Positions 29,850-40,335 of a stretch of DNA of 54,568 nt are shown here, one piece after another. Position 1 is the first letter of the stretch. Each line of letters opens with the position of its first letter. Below the pieces are notes generated by a model. The model made no database searches. It was not told the origin of the DNA and saw only the letters and a program-made list of their open reading frames with translations. This DNA comes from Anaeroplasma sp. Its GTDB lineage: Bacteria; Bacillota_I; Bacilli_A; Acholeplasmatales; Anaeroplasmataceae. The DNA lies in contig JAZQVB010000052.1 in the NCBI GenBank assembly GCA_045631605.1, positions 1 to 54,568 of the forward strand. Reading direction: 5' to 3'. The translations under genes and the position numbers were made by a program.

Positions 29850-31665
29850 TATGGAAGATATGAATTATGAACAATCATATACTAAAGTTAATCATCCTTG
29901 GAGAAAAATAATTAAAACAGTATTAAGACATAAGGAATATACTATTGGTCTACTTGCTTCAGTATTATTTACTGCATTTTTAGATGTTTTATATCCTTTA
30001 TTAAATCAATATGCTATAAAAAATTATTTTTCTGAAAACCCTAAATTTGATTCAGCAAATGTATTTATATTTGGTTATATATCAATAGCTATATTATATG
30101 GTATTGCAATATTCTCCTTCTTATTTTTTGCAGGAAGAGTAGAAATTGCAACATCATATGACTTAAGAAAGGAAGCTTATTTAAATCTTCAAAAGCTACC
30201 ATTTTCATATTTTGATAAAACACAACAGGGCTGGATAATGGCTCGTTTAACAAGCGATGCACGAAGATTAAGTGAAATAATTTCTTGGGGTGTTGTCGAC
30301 TTTTTGTGGGGCCTTTTATCAATGATAGGAATATTAGGTATTTTAATTTATTACAATTTCAAATTGTCATTAATCATACTTATTATTCTGCCAATTATAA
30401 TGTTTATTACTATTTTTATTAATAGGAAAATATTAAAGGCCTATAGAAAGGCAAGAAGCGAAAACTCAAAAATAACAGCCGCATTTAATGAAGGATATAT
30501 GGGAGTTAAGGCAACTAAATCCCTAGTTATTGAAGATAAAAATTCAATTGAATTCAAGGCGAAAACTTTAGATTATAAGAAATCATCATTAAGAGCGGTA
30601 ATGCTATCATCTTTATTTGGACCAATAGTATTTATTACATGCTATTTCTGTGTAGGAACAACAATTTATGTTGGTACTATTTTATCAATAAGTATACCAA
30701 CCCTATATTTATTCGTAGACTACTCTATTAAATTCTTTGATCCTGTTATGTCTATTTCTCATATACTTGGTGAATTCCAGCAAGCACAGGCAAGTGCTGA
30801 AAGAATTATATCATTAATAGAGGAAAAGCCAGACATTGAGGATAGAGAGGATGTTATAGAAAAATACGGAACAATATTTGAACCTAAATACGAAAACTTT
30901 GAGGAGCTTTTAGGTGATGTTGAATTTAAGAATGTAACATTCAAATATGAAAAGGGCGAAACAGTTTTAAAGAATTTTAATCTAAAAATTCCGAAGGGCT
31001 CAAATGTTGCCTTAGTTGGTCATACTGGTAGTGGAAAATCAACAATAGTTAATTTAATTTGTAGATTTTATGAGCCAACAGAGGGCGAAATTCTAATAGA
31101 TGGACATAGTTATAAGGATAGAAGTATAACTTGGTTACACTCAAATCTAGGCTATGTTCTTCAAACTCCACAATTATTTACAGGAACGATAATTGAAAAT
31201 GTTCGTTATGGTAGATTATCTGCAACAGATGAGGAATGCATAGAAGCATTAAGGGTTGTTGCGGCAGACACTTTTATTGAAAAGCTAGAGGATAAATACA
31301 ACACCTTTGTTGGTGAAGGTGGAAATAAGTTATCATTAGGAGAAAAGCAACTGATATCTTTTGCAAGAGCAATTGTAGCAAATCCAAAAATATTAATTTT
31401 GGATGAGGCAACATCATCAATTGATACAGAAACCGAAGGATTAATTCAAAGAGCAATAGAAATTGTTCTGAAGGGTAGAACAAGCTTTATGATTGCTCAC
31501 AGATTATCTACAGTAGTTAATGCTGATATTATATTAGTAATGAAGGATGGCAAGGTTGTAGAACAAGGAACGCATTCTGAGCTTTTAAATCAAAGAGGAT
31601 ATTATTTTGAGCTTTATAAAAATCAATTTGCAGAGGAAAGTGTAAGCTCTATATTAAATGAATAG
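29839..31665 (+). CDS. Heterodimeric ABC exporter, second subunit
   Basis: TMD plus GHTGSGKST, LSLGEKQ, LILDEATS. Confidence 0.9.
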   Translation: MVNNMEDMNYEQSYTKVNHPWRKIIKTVLRHKEYTIGLLASVLFTAFLDVLYPLLNQYAIKNYFSENPKFDSANVFIFGYISIAILYGIAIFSFLFFAGRVEIATSYDLRKEAYLNLQKLPFSYFDKTQQGWIMARLTSDARRLSEIISWGVVDFLWGLLSMIGILGILIYYNFKLSLIILIILPIIMFITIFINRKILKAYRKARSENSKITAAFNEGYMGVKATKSLVIEDKNSIEFKAKTLDYKKSSLRAVMLSSLFGPIVFITCYFCVGTTIYVGTILSISIPTLYLFVDYSIKFFDPVMSISHILGEFQQAQASAERIISLIEEKPDIEDREDVIEKYGTIFEPKYENFEELLGDVEFKNVTFKYEKGETVLKNFNLKIPKGSNVALVGHTGSGKSTIVNLICRFYEPTEGEILIDGHSYKDRSITWLHSNLGYVLQTPQLFTGTIIENVRYGRLSATDEECIEALRVVAADTFIEKLEDKYNTFVGEGGNKLSLGEKQLISFARAIVANPKILILDEATSSIDTETEGLIQRAIEIVLKGRTSFMIAHRLSTVVNADIILVMKDGKVVEQGTHSELLNQRGYYFELYKNQFAEESVSSILNE

Positions 31666-31672
31666 AAAATTT

Positions 31673-31700
31673 ACTCCAATTGTGAATTGGAGTTTTTTTT
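31673..31700 (+). terminator. Intrinsic terminator
   Basis: actccaatt-gtg-aattggagt followed by T-run. Confidence 0.75.
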
Positions 31701-31753
31701 CTTAAAAAATATGAACAAAGTAAAAGAATGTGTATCGATTTATTTTAAATGTA

Positions 31754-31807
31754 TTTACTGTACAAATATATAGTGTTATAATTTATATATATTTGAAAAC
31801 GTTTTAC
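31754..31807 (+). promoter_or_regulatory. Sigma70 promoter (TTTACT-17-TGnTATAAT) with TGAAAACGTTTTAC operator-like site
   Basis: -35 at 31754-31759, -10 at 31777-31782, palindrome at 31794-31807. Confidence 0.6.
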
Positions 31808-31840
31808 GTTAAATTTGAATAAGAAAAGGAGAAATGTTCA

Positions 31841-34800
31841 ATGAAAAAGAAAACATTACTAGTAAGTGCTTTACTTGCATCTACAGCTTTAGCGTTATCA
31901 TCATGTAACCCTGTAGAAACACCAACAACAGCACCTACAACAGAAGTGCCAACAACGGCACCAACAGAAACGCCAACAACGGCGCCAACAACGGCACCAA
32001 CAGAAGTGCCTACAACAACAGTAGATCCAACACCTACTACAAGCGAAACGCCTACGGAAACTGAAAAGCCAACTGATGGAGAACAAATTCCGGATGGATA
32101 TGAATTAGTTACATATTCATTAGACGTAACAGCCGATTTAGCTACTGGTGCTGTATCAGAAACAATTAAGAAATCTATTTTCCAAGTTACTGGCGGAGAA
32201 ATTCGTACTAGAGGTAAGTCTTGGACAGATCCAGAAGGCGTTGAACCTAATAAGTCATTTGGTCAATCAATTAAGAATGGTCCGATCGTAGTTACAGCCC
32301 CTGGTGATGGTGTGTTATCTATGTATTTACAAAACGGTTCAAGTGGTGCAGCAACACAATTTGTTAAGATTACTGACAACACAGGAACATCACAAACTAT
32401 CGAATTCTCAGGAAATGACGCAGTTGCACCATATCCATCAGGAAGCCCAGTTGTTAAGATCGATATCGAAATGGAAGCTGGTAAATCTTATACAATTGAA
32501 AGAGGCAATGGTGGTACTATTGACTGGTATTTACTAGAAGCTAAGTGTGTAGTAGAAGTTTCTGATGTATCAGGTTTCTCTATTGTTAATCCTGGTAAGA
32601 CAGAATATTTAATTGGTGAAGAATTTGATTCAAGCAAATTATATTTACAATTAGATTACGCTAATGGTAATGCTGATGAATTACCATTATCAGACGTACA
32701 AATTATTTCTTCACAATATGATTCACAAGTAGCTGGTACATATGAAATCGTAGTTAAATATGGTGAATATCTTCAATCTTATGAGGTTACAGTATATGAA
32801 GCTCAATCTATTCAATTACAATTAGACTATTCTTATAAGCATTCTTCAAATTCAGCTGCAGGTAATGGTCAATACATGAACGGTAAGGTTAAGACTATTT
32901 ACTCTTCAGCAGATGCAGCATTAGATACAACTTATTTAACTGCAGTTGTTTCAGCTAAGGCAGGAGATAAGACAACTGAATTTAATTTAGCTAACACAGC
33001 ATTAGAATATACAGGATTTGTTGCTGGTGCACAAGGTAAGCAAACAATTACAGCTACAGCATCTGGAGTAAGTGCATCTTATGACATTTATGTAGTTGAT
33101 ACAGCAGCTTATACTAATGCAGATGGCGAATATGTTGTTACAGTTGATCAAGCTTATACTGGTAATATCGGTGAGGTTTCTGGTGAAAAGGGTAATATGT
33201 TTACAACTATTTCTCAAGCATTAGAATTCGTACAAAATACAAATAGAGTAGAAAAGGCTGGCGTTAAGATTCTTAATGTTGGTGCTGGTTACTATTTTGA
33301 AAAATTAGAAATCACAACTCCTAACTTAACAATCGTTGGTGCTGGTTATACAACTGGTACTTACTCAAAGGACGAAAATTATAATGCTGAAACATACGCA
33401 ACAGCAACAATTATCGAATTTGACACATTATATGGTGTTACAGATACTAACGGATTTGTTCATACAACAGATTCAACTCAAACAGTAGCTGTTAGAGATA
33501 CAGCTATTAACTGTACAATCAAGAATCTTACAATTTCTAACGCTTGGAACTGTATAGAATACTTTGAAGATCAATTTGGTTATAACCCTAGTGAGCACAG
33601 AGCATTAGCTTTATTAGTTCAATCAGATCAATTCAAGCTAGTGGATTCTTCACTTCTTGGTTACCAAGATACAGTTGAGTTCTTCACAGGACGTCAATTA
33701 GTTCAAAATTCATTCATTTCTGGTACTACAGATTTTATCTTTGGTACTAACAATACAACATTATTTGAAAATTGTACAATTCATTCAATTTACAATGGTT
33801 CTACAGATGGTGGTTATGTTACAGCATTTAAGGGTAGCAACAAGGGTTCATCTGACTATGTAAATTATGGTGCAATCTTCTATAAGTGTAATTTAACTGC
33901 AGATAGCGACGTTACTGAAGGTAATACAGCATTAGGTCGTCCATGGACTAAGTATGCAGCAGTTGCATATATCGAATGTACAATGGGTGCGCATATTTCT
34001 ACAGCAGCTTCAACAGGTTCTTCAAAGAATGAACGTTATGTTCAAATGTCAGGCGCTTTACCAACAGACGAAGCATGTCACTTCGTTGAATTTGGTAATA
34101 CTGGTGCTGGTGCAGTTGCAGAGCAAGTTGCAGGTATGACAATGTTAACTGCTGAAGAAGCGGCTAAATATTGTGATTATTCAGTAATCTTCGGCACATC
34201 TAATGGCTTAGTTTCTTACAATTTAGCTTGGGATCCAACATCAGATGAAATCGTTGAAGATGTAAATACATATTATAACTTCCATGCAAAAGAAGAATTA
34301 ACAGGTACTAACTATTTATGGAGTGCAACAGCAGGTGCAAACGGCGATGGTAAGGTAACTAGTGGTTCTACTTATGCATTAGGTGATTTAACAATCGACT
34401 GTACATCAGGTCAAGCAGCTTGGAATCAAAATTCAGGTATGACTAACTTCAAGACTGGTGCAGTATTAAAGCTTAATGTTACAGCTGGTTCATCTGTAAC
34501 AGTTGTAGCTTACAGTAATCAATATGCTAAGTTCACTATTAATGGTGTTAGTACAATTTCTGATTCATTAACTCAATATTTTGCAGAGGATACAGAAGTT
34601 CAAATCGTAATTACTGGTGACGCTTATATTAAGCAAATCGTAGTTAATCCAGAAGCTGAAGCTGTTAGCGCTGAATTAGATTCATTAGCAGTAACTGGTT
34701 TAGTTAAGGAATATAATGTAGGTGGTTCTTTTGACGCATCTAGATTAGCTGTAAACGCAGTATATACTGATAATACAAGCAAGACTCTTGCCGAAGGCGA

Positions 34801-36115
34801 ATACGCAATCAACTTAGAAGGCGTTAACTTTGATGAGGCTGGTACTTATACAGCAACTATCACTTATAATGGTATATCTTTTGAATTCGAAATTACTGTA
34901 GTTGCAGATGCTAAGCCATATATTGAAGGCTCATTAACTGTATCATTTAAGGATGACACAGCAAATGCAGCAGCAGATTATTTAGTATATGACAATTCAG
35001 CAATTTCAGGTTCATTACAAATTGGTAAATTTACATTAGTTGATAACGGTCAAGGAGTTGTTAAGGATAATAACGATTGGTTAAAGTTCAACACAGGCGG
35101 TAAGGTAACATTCGAGGTTGCAACACCTGCTACATTAACAATTTCATTCTATCAAGATCAAAATAATGTACAAGTAACAGTTAATGGTACAGTTGTTGAG
35201 GTAAACGCAGATGGAACATATACATTAACAGCAGGTAAGGTTGTTATTGAAGCAGTATCTAACGGATACATTGGTAAAGTTTCAGTAGTAGCTGGCTATG
35301 CATTAGATGATAGCTGTACAGTATCATTCAAGGACGATACAGCAAACGCAGCAGCAGATTATTTAGTATATGATAATTCAGCAATTTCAGGTTCATTACA
35401 AATTGGTAAATTTACATTAGTTGACAACGGTCAAGGAGTTGTTAAGGATAATAACGATTGGTTAAAGTTCAATACAGGTGGTAAGATTGTATTTAATCCT
35501 ACACGTGCTTCAGTTTTAACAATCACATTCTATCAAGATCAAAATAATGTACAAGTGACTGCAAACGGTGTAGTTGTTGAGGTAAACGCAGATGGTACAT
35601 ATACATTACCAGCAGGCGAAATCGTTATTGAAGCAGTATCTAATGGTTATATTGGCAAGATTTCAGCTGTATTAGCTGGACGTCCAGTATCTGTTTCAAC
35701 AGGCTTCAATTTTAAGGGTGGAACTTATAACAGCTCTAACACAAATACAGAAAACATTTTAAATGCTAATAACGCAGCTGAATTCAAAATTGAAAACACT
35801 GACGAAGTAACTTTTAATAATGTTACATTTAAGGGTGTTGTATCAAATGGCGATGACAACTGGTTAGCGTTAAAAACTAATGGTACTATTACATTTAATG
35901 TAGTAGAAAATGCAGAATTATACATGTATTATTATAATGGTCAAAATGTTGGTACTGTTACATTAAACGGTGAAGCTGTTACAACATCTTCAGCTACAAC
36001 AACAGATCATGCAACTCCATATGTATATTCATTAACTTCTGCAGGCGAAGTAGTAATTACGTTTACTTCAAACGGATATATCGGCTTCTTTGAAGTAGTT
36101 TATCCAGCAGAATAA
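31841..36115 (+). CDS. 1424-aa lipoprotein pectin methylesterase (CE8) with Ig-like domains and repeated C-terminal beta-sandwich modules
   Basis: Lipobox LSSC; PTTAP linker; CE8 motifs TTISQAL, GYQDTV, DFIFG, LGRPW; paralogous to 2070-4787. Confidence 0.88.
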   Translation: MKKKTLLVSALLASTALALSSCNPVETPTTAPTTEVPTTAPTETPTTAPTTAPTEVPTTTVDPTPTTSETPTETEKPTDGEQIPDGYELVTYSLDVTADLATGAVSETIKKSIFQVTGGEIRTRGKSWTDPEGVEPNKSFGQSIKNGPIVVTAPGDGVLSMYLQNGSSGAATQFVKITDNTGTSQTIEFSGNDAVAPYPSGSPVVKIDIEMEAGKSYTIERGNGGTIDWYLLEAKCVVEVSDVSGFSIVNPGKTEYLIGEEFDSSKLYLQLDYANGNADELPLSDVQIISSQYDSQVAGTYEIVVKYGEYLQSYEVTVYEAQSIQLQLDYSYKHSSNSAAGNGQYMNGKVKTIYSSADAALDTTYLTAVVSAKAGDKTTEFNLANTALEYTGFVAGAQGKQTITATASGVSASYDIYVVDTAAYTNADGEYVVTVDQAYTGNIGEVSGEKGNMFTTISQALEFVQNTNRVEKAGVKILNVGAGYYFEKLEITTPNLTIVGAGYTTGTYSKDENYNAETYATATIIEFDTLYGVTDTNGFVHTTDSTQTVAVRDTAINCTIKNLTISNAWNCIEYFEDQFGYNPSEHRALALLVQSDQFKLVDSSLLGYQDTVEFFTGRQLVQNSFISGTTDFIFGTNNTTLFENCTIHSIYNGSTDGGYVTAFKGSNKGSSDYVNYGAIFYKCNLTADSDVTEGNTALGRPWTKYAAVAYIECTMGAHISTAASTGSSKNERYVQMSGALPTDEACHFVEFGNTGAGAVAEQVAGMTMLTAEEAAKYCDYSVIFGTSNGLVSYNLAWDPTSDEIVEDVNTYYNFHAKEELTGTNYLWSATAGANGDGKVTSGSTYALGDLTIDCTSGQAAWNQNSGMTNFKTGAVLKLNVTAGSSVTVVAYSNQYAKFTINGVSTISDSLTQYFAEDTEVQIVITGDAYIKQIVVNPEAEAVSAELDSLAVTGLVKEYNVGGSFDASRLAVNAVYTDNTSKTLAEGEYAINLEGVNFDEAGTYTATITYNGISFEFEITVVADAKPYIEGSLTVSFKDDTANAAADYLVYDNSAISGSLQIGKFTLVDNGQGVVKDNNDWLKFNTGGKVTFEVATPATLTISFYQDQNNVQVTVNGTVVEVNADGTYTLTAGKVVIEAVSNGYIGKVSVVAGYALDDSCTVSFKDDTANAAADYLVYDNSAISGSLQIGKFTLVDNGQGVVKDNNDWLKFNTGGKIVFNPTRASVLTITFYQDQNNVQVTANGVVVEVNADGTYTLPAGEIVIEAVSNGYIGKISAVLAGRPVSVSTGFNFKGGTYNSSNTNTENILNANNAAEFKIENTDEVTFNNVTFKGVVSNGDDNWLALKTNGTITFNVVENAELYMYYYNGQNVGTVTLNGEAVTTSSATTTDHATPYVYSLTSAGEVVITFTSNGYIGFFEVVYPAE
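34937..35665 (+). repeat. Intragenic tandem duplication, 381-nt (127-aa) period
   Basis: TVSFKDDTANAAADYLVYDNSAISGSLQIGKFTLVDNGQGVVKDNNDWLKFNTGGK occurs identically at 34937 and 35318. Confidence 0.95.
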
Positions 36116-36132
36116 TCTAAATTAATATAATT

Positions 36133-36165
36133 TAAGGTCTTGCCACTTGGCAAGGCCTTATTTTT
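36133..36165 (+). terminator. Intrinsic terminator
   Basis: taaggtcttgcca/tggcaaggcctta followed by T-run. Confidence 0.75.
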
Positions 36166-36231
36166 CTTTGCTTTTAGTTGCTTTTTTTTGAATTTAATTG
36201 TAAAATATATATTATGTTTGGAGGCGAGATT

Positions 36232-37467
36232 ATGAATAAAAATTTATTTATTAAGAATAGAAACAAAATTTTAAATCAAATGGATAACAATTCTTTATTT
36301 TTAATTTTTTCAAGAGAAAAGGAAGAAACAATTGTTAACCAAAGATATAATGTTAATAGAAATTATTATTATGCTTCTGGTGTATTAGAATATGGAAATG
36401 TTCTAATACTTGCTAAAATCAATAATAATAACATGGAAACAATATTCATTAATCCATATGATGAGTTTAAGGCTAAATGGGTTGGTGCACCATTATCTAA
36501 AGAAGAGGTAAAGGAATTATCAGGCTTAAAGGATGTTAGATATTTAGATTCATTTGAGGATACGTTAGATAGAATGCTATCAGCTGTTGAAACTGTTTAT
36601 TTAGATATAGCACCATCAAAGTTAAATTCACTTTTAACACCAGATGAGGAATTAGCCCAAAAAATAACTTCTAAAAAGCCTTGGATAAAAATCAAAAATG
36701 GACGCAAGCTATTTAGTGTAGCTCGTACTTGTAAGGAACCCGAGGAAATAGAAGAAATTAAAAAGGCAATTGAAATTACAAATAAGGGATTACAAGCAAT
36801 ACTAAAAAATATAAAGCCTATGTATGAATATCAAATTGAATCATACTTTGATCAAGCAATTAAATTTAATGGTGCGACAGGATATGCGTTCCCTACAATT
36901 GCTGCGGCAGGTAAAAACGCAACATGCTTACATTATGGCAATAACGATCAAATGGCAAATGATGGAGATTTAATATTGTTAGATTTAGGTGCGTCATATA
37001 ATATGTATTGTTCTGATATTACAAGAACATACCCTGTTAATGGTAAATATACAGAAAGACAAAAGACTTTATATAATATAGTATTAAATGGTCAAAAGCT
37101 AGTATTTGAAAATGCTAAGCCAGGCGTATCAACAAGAGATTTAAATGATATATTAGTTAAATATTTCGCAGTTGAATTAAAAAAGATTGGCTTAATAAAG
37201 GAAGACCGTGAGGTGTCTAAATATTATTATCATGGTGTATCTCATCATATGGGTCTTGATTGTCATGATTTATGTGAATATGCTCCACTAAAGCCAGGAT
37301 GTATAATTTCAAATGAGCCAGGCTTATATATTGCCGAAGAGGGTATCGGAATTAGAATTGAGGACGATGTTTTAATTACAGAAGATGGTGCTGAATGGCT
37401 AAGCCCACAAATTATTAAGGAAATAGATGAAATTGAGAATTTCATTAAAAATAACAAAGGAGAATAA
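36232..37467 (+). CDS. pepP: Xaa-Pro aminopeptidase (M24B)
   Basis: LHY, LLDLGA, SDITRT, HGVSHHMGLDCHD, EPGLY, GIRIEDD. Confidence 0.92.
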   Translation: MNKNLFIKNRNKILNQMDNNSLFLIFSREKEETIVNQRYNVNRNYYYASGVLEYGNVLILAKINNNNMETIFINPYDEFKAKWVGAPLSKEEVKELSGLKDVRYLDSFEDTLDRMLSAVETVYLDIAPSKLNSLLTPDEELAQKITSKKPWIKIKNGRKLFSVARTCKEPEEIEEIKKAIEITNKGLQAILKNIKPMYEYQIESYFDQAIKFNGATGYAFPTIAAAGKNATCLHYGNNDQMANDGDLILLDLGASYNMYCSDITRTYPVNGKYTERQKTLYNIVLNGQKLVFENAKPGVSTRDLNDILVKYFAVELKKIGLIKEDREVSKYYYHGVSHHMGLDCHDLCEYAPLKPGCIISNEPGLYIAEEGIGIRIEDDVLITEDGAEWLSPQIIKEIDEIENFIKNNKGE

Positions 37468-37469
37468 AA

Positions 37470-38699
37470 ATGAAGAAAAGTATTTTAAAGAATTACGCTA
37501 AGCTTATTGTTAAAATGGGCGCAAATGTAAAAAAAGGACAAGATGTAGTTATTAACGCTAATGTTAATGATGCATACTTCGTTAAGTATGTAGTTGAGGA
37601 ATGCTACAAGGCTAAGGCACGTCATGTAACTGTTGAATGGGGATGTGCCGAAATTTCAAAAATTGGCTACAAATATGAGTCAGTTGAAACAATGACTGAT
37701 ATTCCTAACTGGTCATTAGAAAAATTACAATATAGAGTTGATACATTACCAGCAACAATTTACATTTCATCTGAGGATCCAGATGCAATGAACGGTGTAG
37801 ACCAAGAAAAGATGACTAAGGTACGTATGAAAAATGGACCAATTATTATGAAGTATCGTGAGCAAATGGAAAATAAATTTCAATGGACAATCGTTGGTAT
37901 TCCAGGTGAAGCTTGGGCTAAGAAGGTGTTCCCTAATGAAAAGAAAAATAAAGCAATGGAATTATTATGGGATGCTATTTTAAATGTTACTAGAGTATAT
38001 GGTGATTCAATCGAAAATTGGAAAAATCATAACGCAAATATTAAGGATAAGTGCAAAAAGCTTAATGATTTAGAAATTAAGACTTTAACATACAAGAGTG
38101 CAAATGGTACAGACTTTACTGTAGGATTACACAGAGAGAGCATGTTTGCTGGTGGTTATGAAACTACATTAGATGGTACTATTTTTAATCCGAATATGCC
38201 AACAGAGGAATGCTTCACATCACCTGATAAAACAACAGCAAATGGTCTTGTAATGTCTACAAAGCCTCTTTCTGTAATGGGTCAATTAGTTGATAATTTT
38301 GGATTTAAATTTGAAAATGGTAAGATTGTAGAGGTTGTTGCACAAAACGAAGTACACAAGGGATTACTTGAAAAATTAATCTCTATGGATGAAGGAGCAA
38401 GAATGCTAGGTGAGGTAGCATTAGTTCCATTCGATTCTCCAATCAATCAAACAGGATTATTATTCTATAACACATTATATGATGAAAATGCATGTTGCCA
38501 CTTAGCTATTGGTAGAGCATTCAATGAATGTGTAAAGGATTTTGAAAACAAAACAGAAGAAGAAATTAAGGCATTAGATTTAAATAAATCAATGATCCAT
38601 GTAGACTTTATGATTGGTTCAGCTGATTTATCTATCGTTGCTGAAACATATAATGGCGAAACAGTACAAATCTTCAAGGATGGTACTTGGGCTATCTAA
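37470..38699 (+). CDS. Aminopeptidase family M29 (AmpS/PepS-like)
   Basis: NMPTEECF, GEVALV, YDENACCHLAIG, IHVDFMIG. Confidence 0.92.
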   Translation: MKKSILKNYAKLIVKMGANVKKGQDVVINANVNDAYFVKYVVEECYKAKARHVTVEWGCAEISKIGYKYESVETMTDIPNWSLEKLQYRVDTLPATIYISSEDPDAMNGVDQEKMTKVRMKNGPIIMKYREQMENKFQWTIVGIPGEAWAKKVFPNEKKNKAMELLWDAILNVTRVYGDSIENWKNHNANIKDKCKKLNDLEIKTLTYKSANGTDFTVGLHRESMFAGGYETTLDGTIFNPNMPTEECFTSPDKTTANGLVMSTKPLSVMGQLVDNFGFKFENGKIVEVVAQNEVHKGLLEKLISMDEGARMLGEVALVPFDSPINQTGLLFYNTLYDENACCHLAIGRAFNECVKDFENKTEEEIKALDLNKSMIHVDFMIGSADLSIVAETYNGETVQIFKDGTWAI

Positions 38700-38721
38700 T
38701 TAACAAATGAGCTTGCTGATT

Positions 38722-39276
38722 TCAGCAAGCTTTTTCTTCTGTATTATCCTGACTTATTTTTAAAAAGCCATAGGTACTTACCAAAACAATAAAAAATATA
38801 GATTGCCCTCTGCTTCTATCAGTTCTTTGAATTGTTGGCTCTATTAAGCATCGCTTTTGCCAATATCTATAATATTGGGAATGAGCGGTATTATCAAATG
38901 CGTATATTAATAATATTGAAATAATACTATCGAATACAATTTCTACCGCGTTAATAGAAAATTCCTTTTTCTTAGTAATGGATTCAATTAGGTCATATAC
39001 AAACGCATAGGTGGTTATAGAAAAAACAACTACTGCGAACGGGTCCATAAAAATATATAAAACAGAAACAACCATACCACTAGCTACAGACGCATAGTAT
39101 GAAGATATTTCACTTATTTTAATATCATTAAAAACTATATTTTCATTATAAAGCAATAAAGAAATTATTACATCTGATAAAAATTGAGCAATTACTCCAT
39201 TTTTAGCACCCTCAAGTAAATTAGGTAAAATATGAGACCTATCTAATTCTTTATGATATTCTAAATTATATGACAT
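38722..39276 (-). CDS. Hypothetical membrane protein
   Basis: Multiple hydrophobic segments; start 39276 or 39321. Confidence 0.6.
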   Translation of the reverse strand: MSYNLEYHKELDRSHILPNLLEGAKNGVIAQFLSDVIISLLLYNENIVFNDIKISEISSYYASVASGMVVSVLYIFMDPFAVVVFSITTYAFVYDLIESITKKKEFSINAVEIVFDSIISILLIYAFDNTAHSQYYRYWQKRCLIEPTIQRTDRSRGQSIFFIVLVSTYGFLKISQDNTEEKAC

Positions 39277-39380
39277 AAAATCATCTCTATTTATTATATG
39301 TATCAACAAAAAATATGACAAAAAAGAATCAAAATATGATATAATAGATGCAATGATTATAAACTTTTTGAGGTGATATT

Positions 39381-40130
39381 ATGAAGCTAATAAGCTGGAA
39401 TGTTAATGGATTAAGAGCAGTAATGACTAAAGGATTTAAGGAAATATTCACATCGTTTGATGCTGATTTCTTTGCAATTCAGGAAACAAAAATGCAAGAA
39501 AATCAAGCTGAAATTGATATGGATGGATACTATAAATATATGTCCTCAGCAGAGAAAAAGGGATATAGTGGAACGCTGATTTATGCGAAAAAACCGGCAT
39601 TAAATGTAGTTTATGGCATCAATGGATTATATAATGATGAGGGAAGAGTTATAACGCTAGAATACGATAATTTTTATTTTGTAAATGCGTATGTTCCAAA
39701 TAGCCAAGAGGGATTAAAAAGATTAGATTATAGAATGATTTACGAGGACCATTTAAGAAATTATTTAGTAGATTTAAACAAAAATAAACCAGTGATTTAT
39801 TGTGGAGATTTAAATGTTGCTCATGAAAATATCGATATAAAAAATCCGAAGGCAAACGAAAGAAATGCAGGATTTACTATTGAAGAAAGAACTAAATTAT
39901 CAGTACTTTTAAATTCGGGGTTCGTTGATACATTTAGATATTTATACCCAGAAAAGGTACTATATTCGTGGTGGAGCTATAGATTTAACGCAAGAGCAAA
40001 TAATGCTGGCTGGAGAATAGATTATTTCTTAGTTTCAGACATTTTAAAGGATAAAATTATGGATGCTAAAATACATACAGATATATTTGGGTCTGACCAT
40101 TGCCCTGTAGAGCTAGAAATTAGCATTTAA
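39381..40130 (+). CDS. xth: Exodeoxyribonuclease III
   Basis: SWNVNGLRA, QETK, GDLNVAH, WWSYR, GWRIDY, SDHCPV. Confidence 0.96.
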   Translation: MKLISWNVNGLRAVMTKGFKEIFTSFDADFFAIQETKMQENQAEIDMDGYYKYMSSAEKKGYSGTLIYAKKPALNVVYGINGLYNDEGRVITLEYDNFYFVNAYVPNSQEGLKRLDYRMIYEDHLRNYLVDLNKNKPVIYCGDLNVAHENIDIKNPKANERNAGFTIEERTKLSVLLNSGFVDTFRYLYPEKVLYSWWSYRFNARANNAGWRIDYFLVSDILKDKIMDAKIHTDIFGSDHCPVELEISI

Positions 40131-40153
40131 TTAGTAAAAAATGTCGTTTTTAT

Positions 40154-40193
40154 TTGCATAATTTTACAAAAGATATTATAATATCTTTGTAAA
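40154..40193 (+). promoter_or_regulatory. Sigma70 promoter TTGCAT-17-TATAAT overlapped by a long palindrome
   Basis: -35 at 40154-40159, -10 at 40177-40182; perfect 20-bp palindrome AAAGATATTATAATATCTTT at 40169-40188. Confidence 0.7.
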
Positions 40194-40276
40194 TATATGG
40201 CAAAACTAGAGTAATCTAGTGACGCAAAGCTATAGGGTCCGATTTTAAAATACTAAAAGGATAGCCAGTTGCATTA
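40192..40276 (+). ncRNA. c-di-GMP-I (GEMM) riboswitch aptamer
   Basis: GGCAAAACTAGA-GTAA-TCTAGTGACGCAAAGCTATAGGG...GATAGCCAGTTGCA: GGCAAA, GNRA-capped P2, GACGCAAAGC and AGCCAGTTGC hallmarks. Confidence 0.9.
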
Positions 40277-40292
40277 GCAAGTGGCTATTTAT
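40261..40292 (+). terminator. Riboswitch expression-platform hairpin
   Basis: ATAGCCA-G-TTGC-ATTA-GCAA-G-TGGCTAT followed by TTT; overlaps the 3' strand of the aptamer. Confidence 0.65.
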
Positions 40293-40335
40293 ATATATAT
40301 TTTTCTAAAAAACTTAGTAAAGGAGTGAAGATAAA

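Noticed and set aside
28038-31665. Degenerate Walker B and signature motifs as signs of pseudogenisation
   Set aside because: The asymmetry is the normal pattern for heterodimeric ABC exporters.
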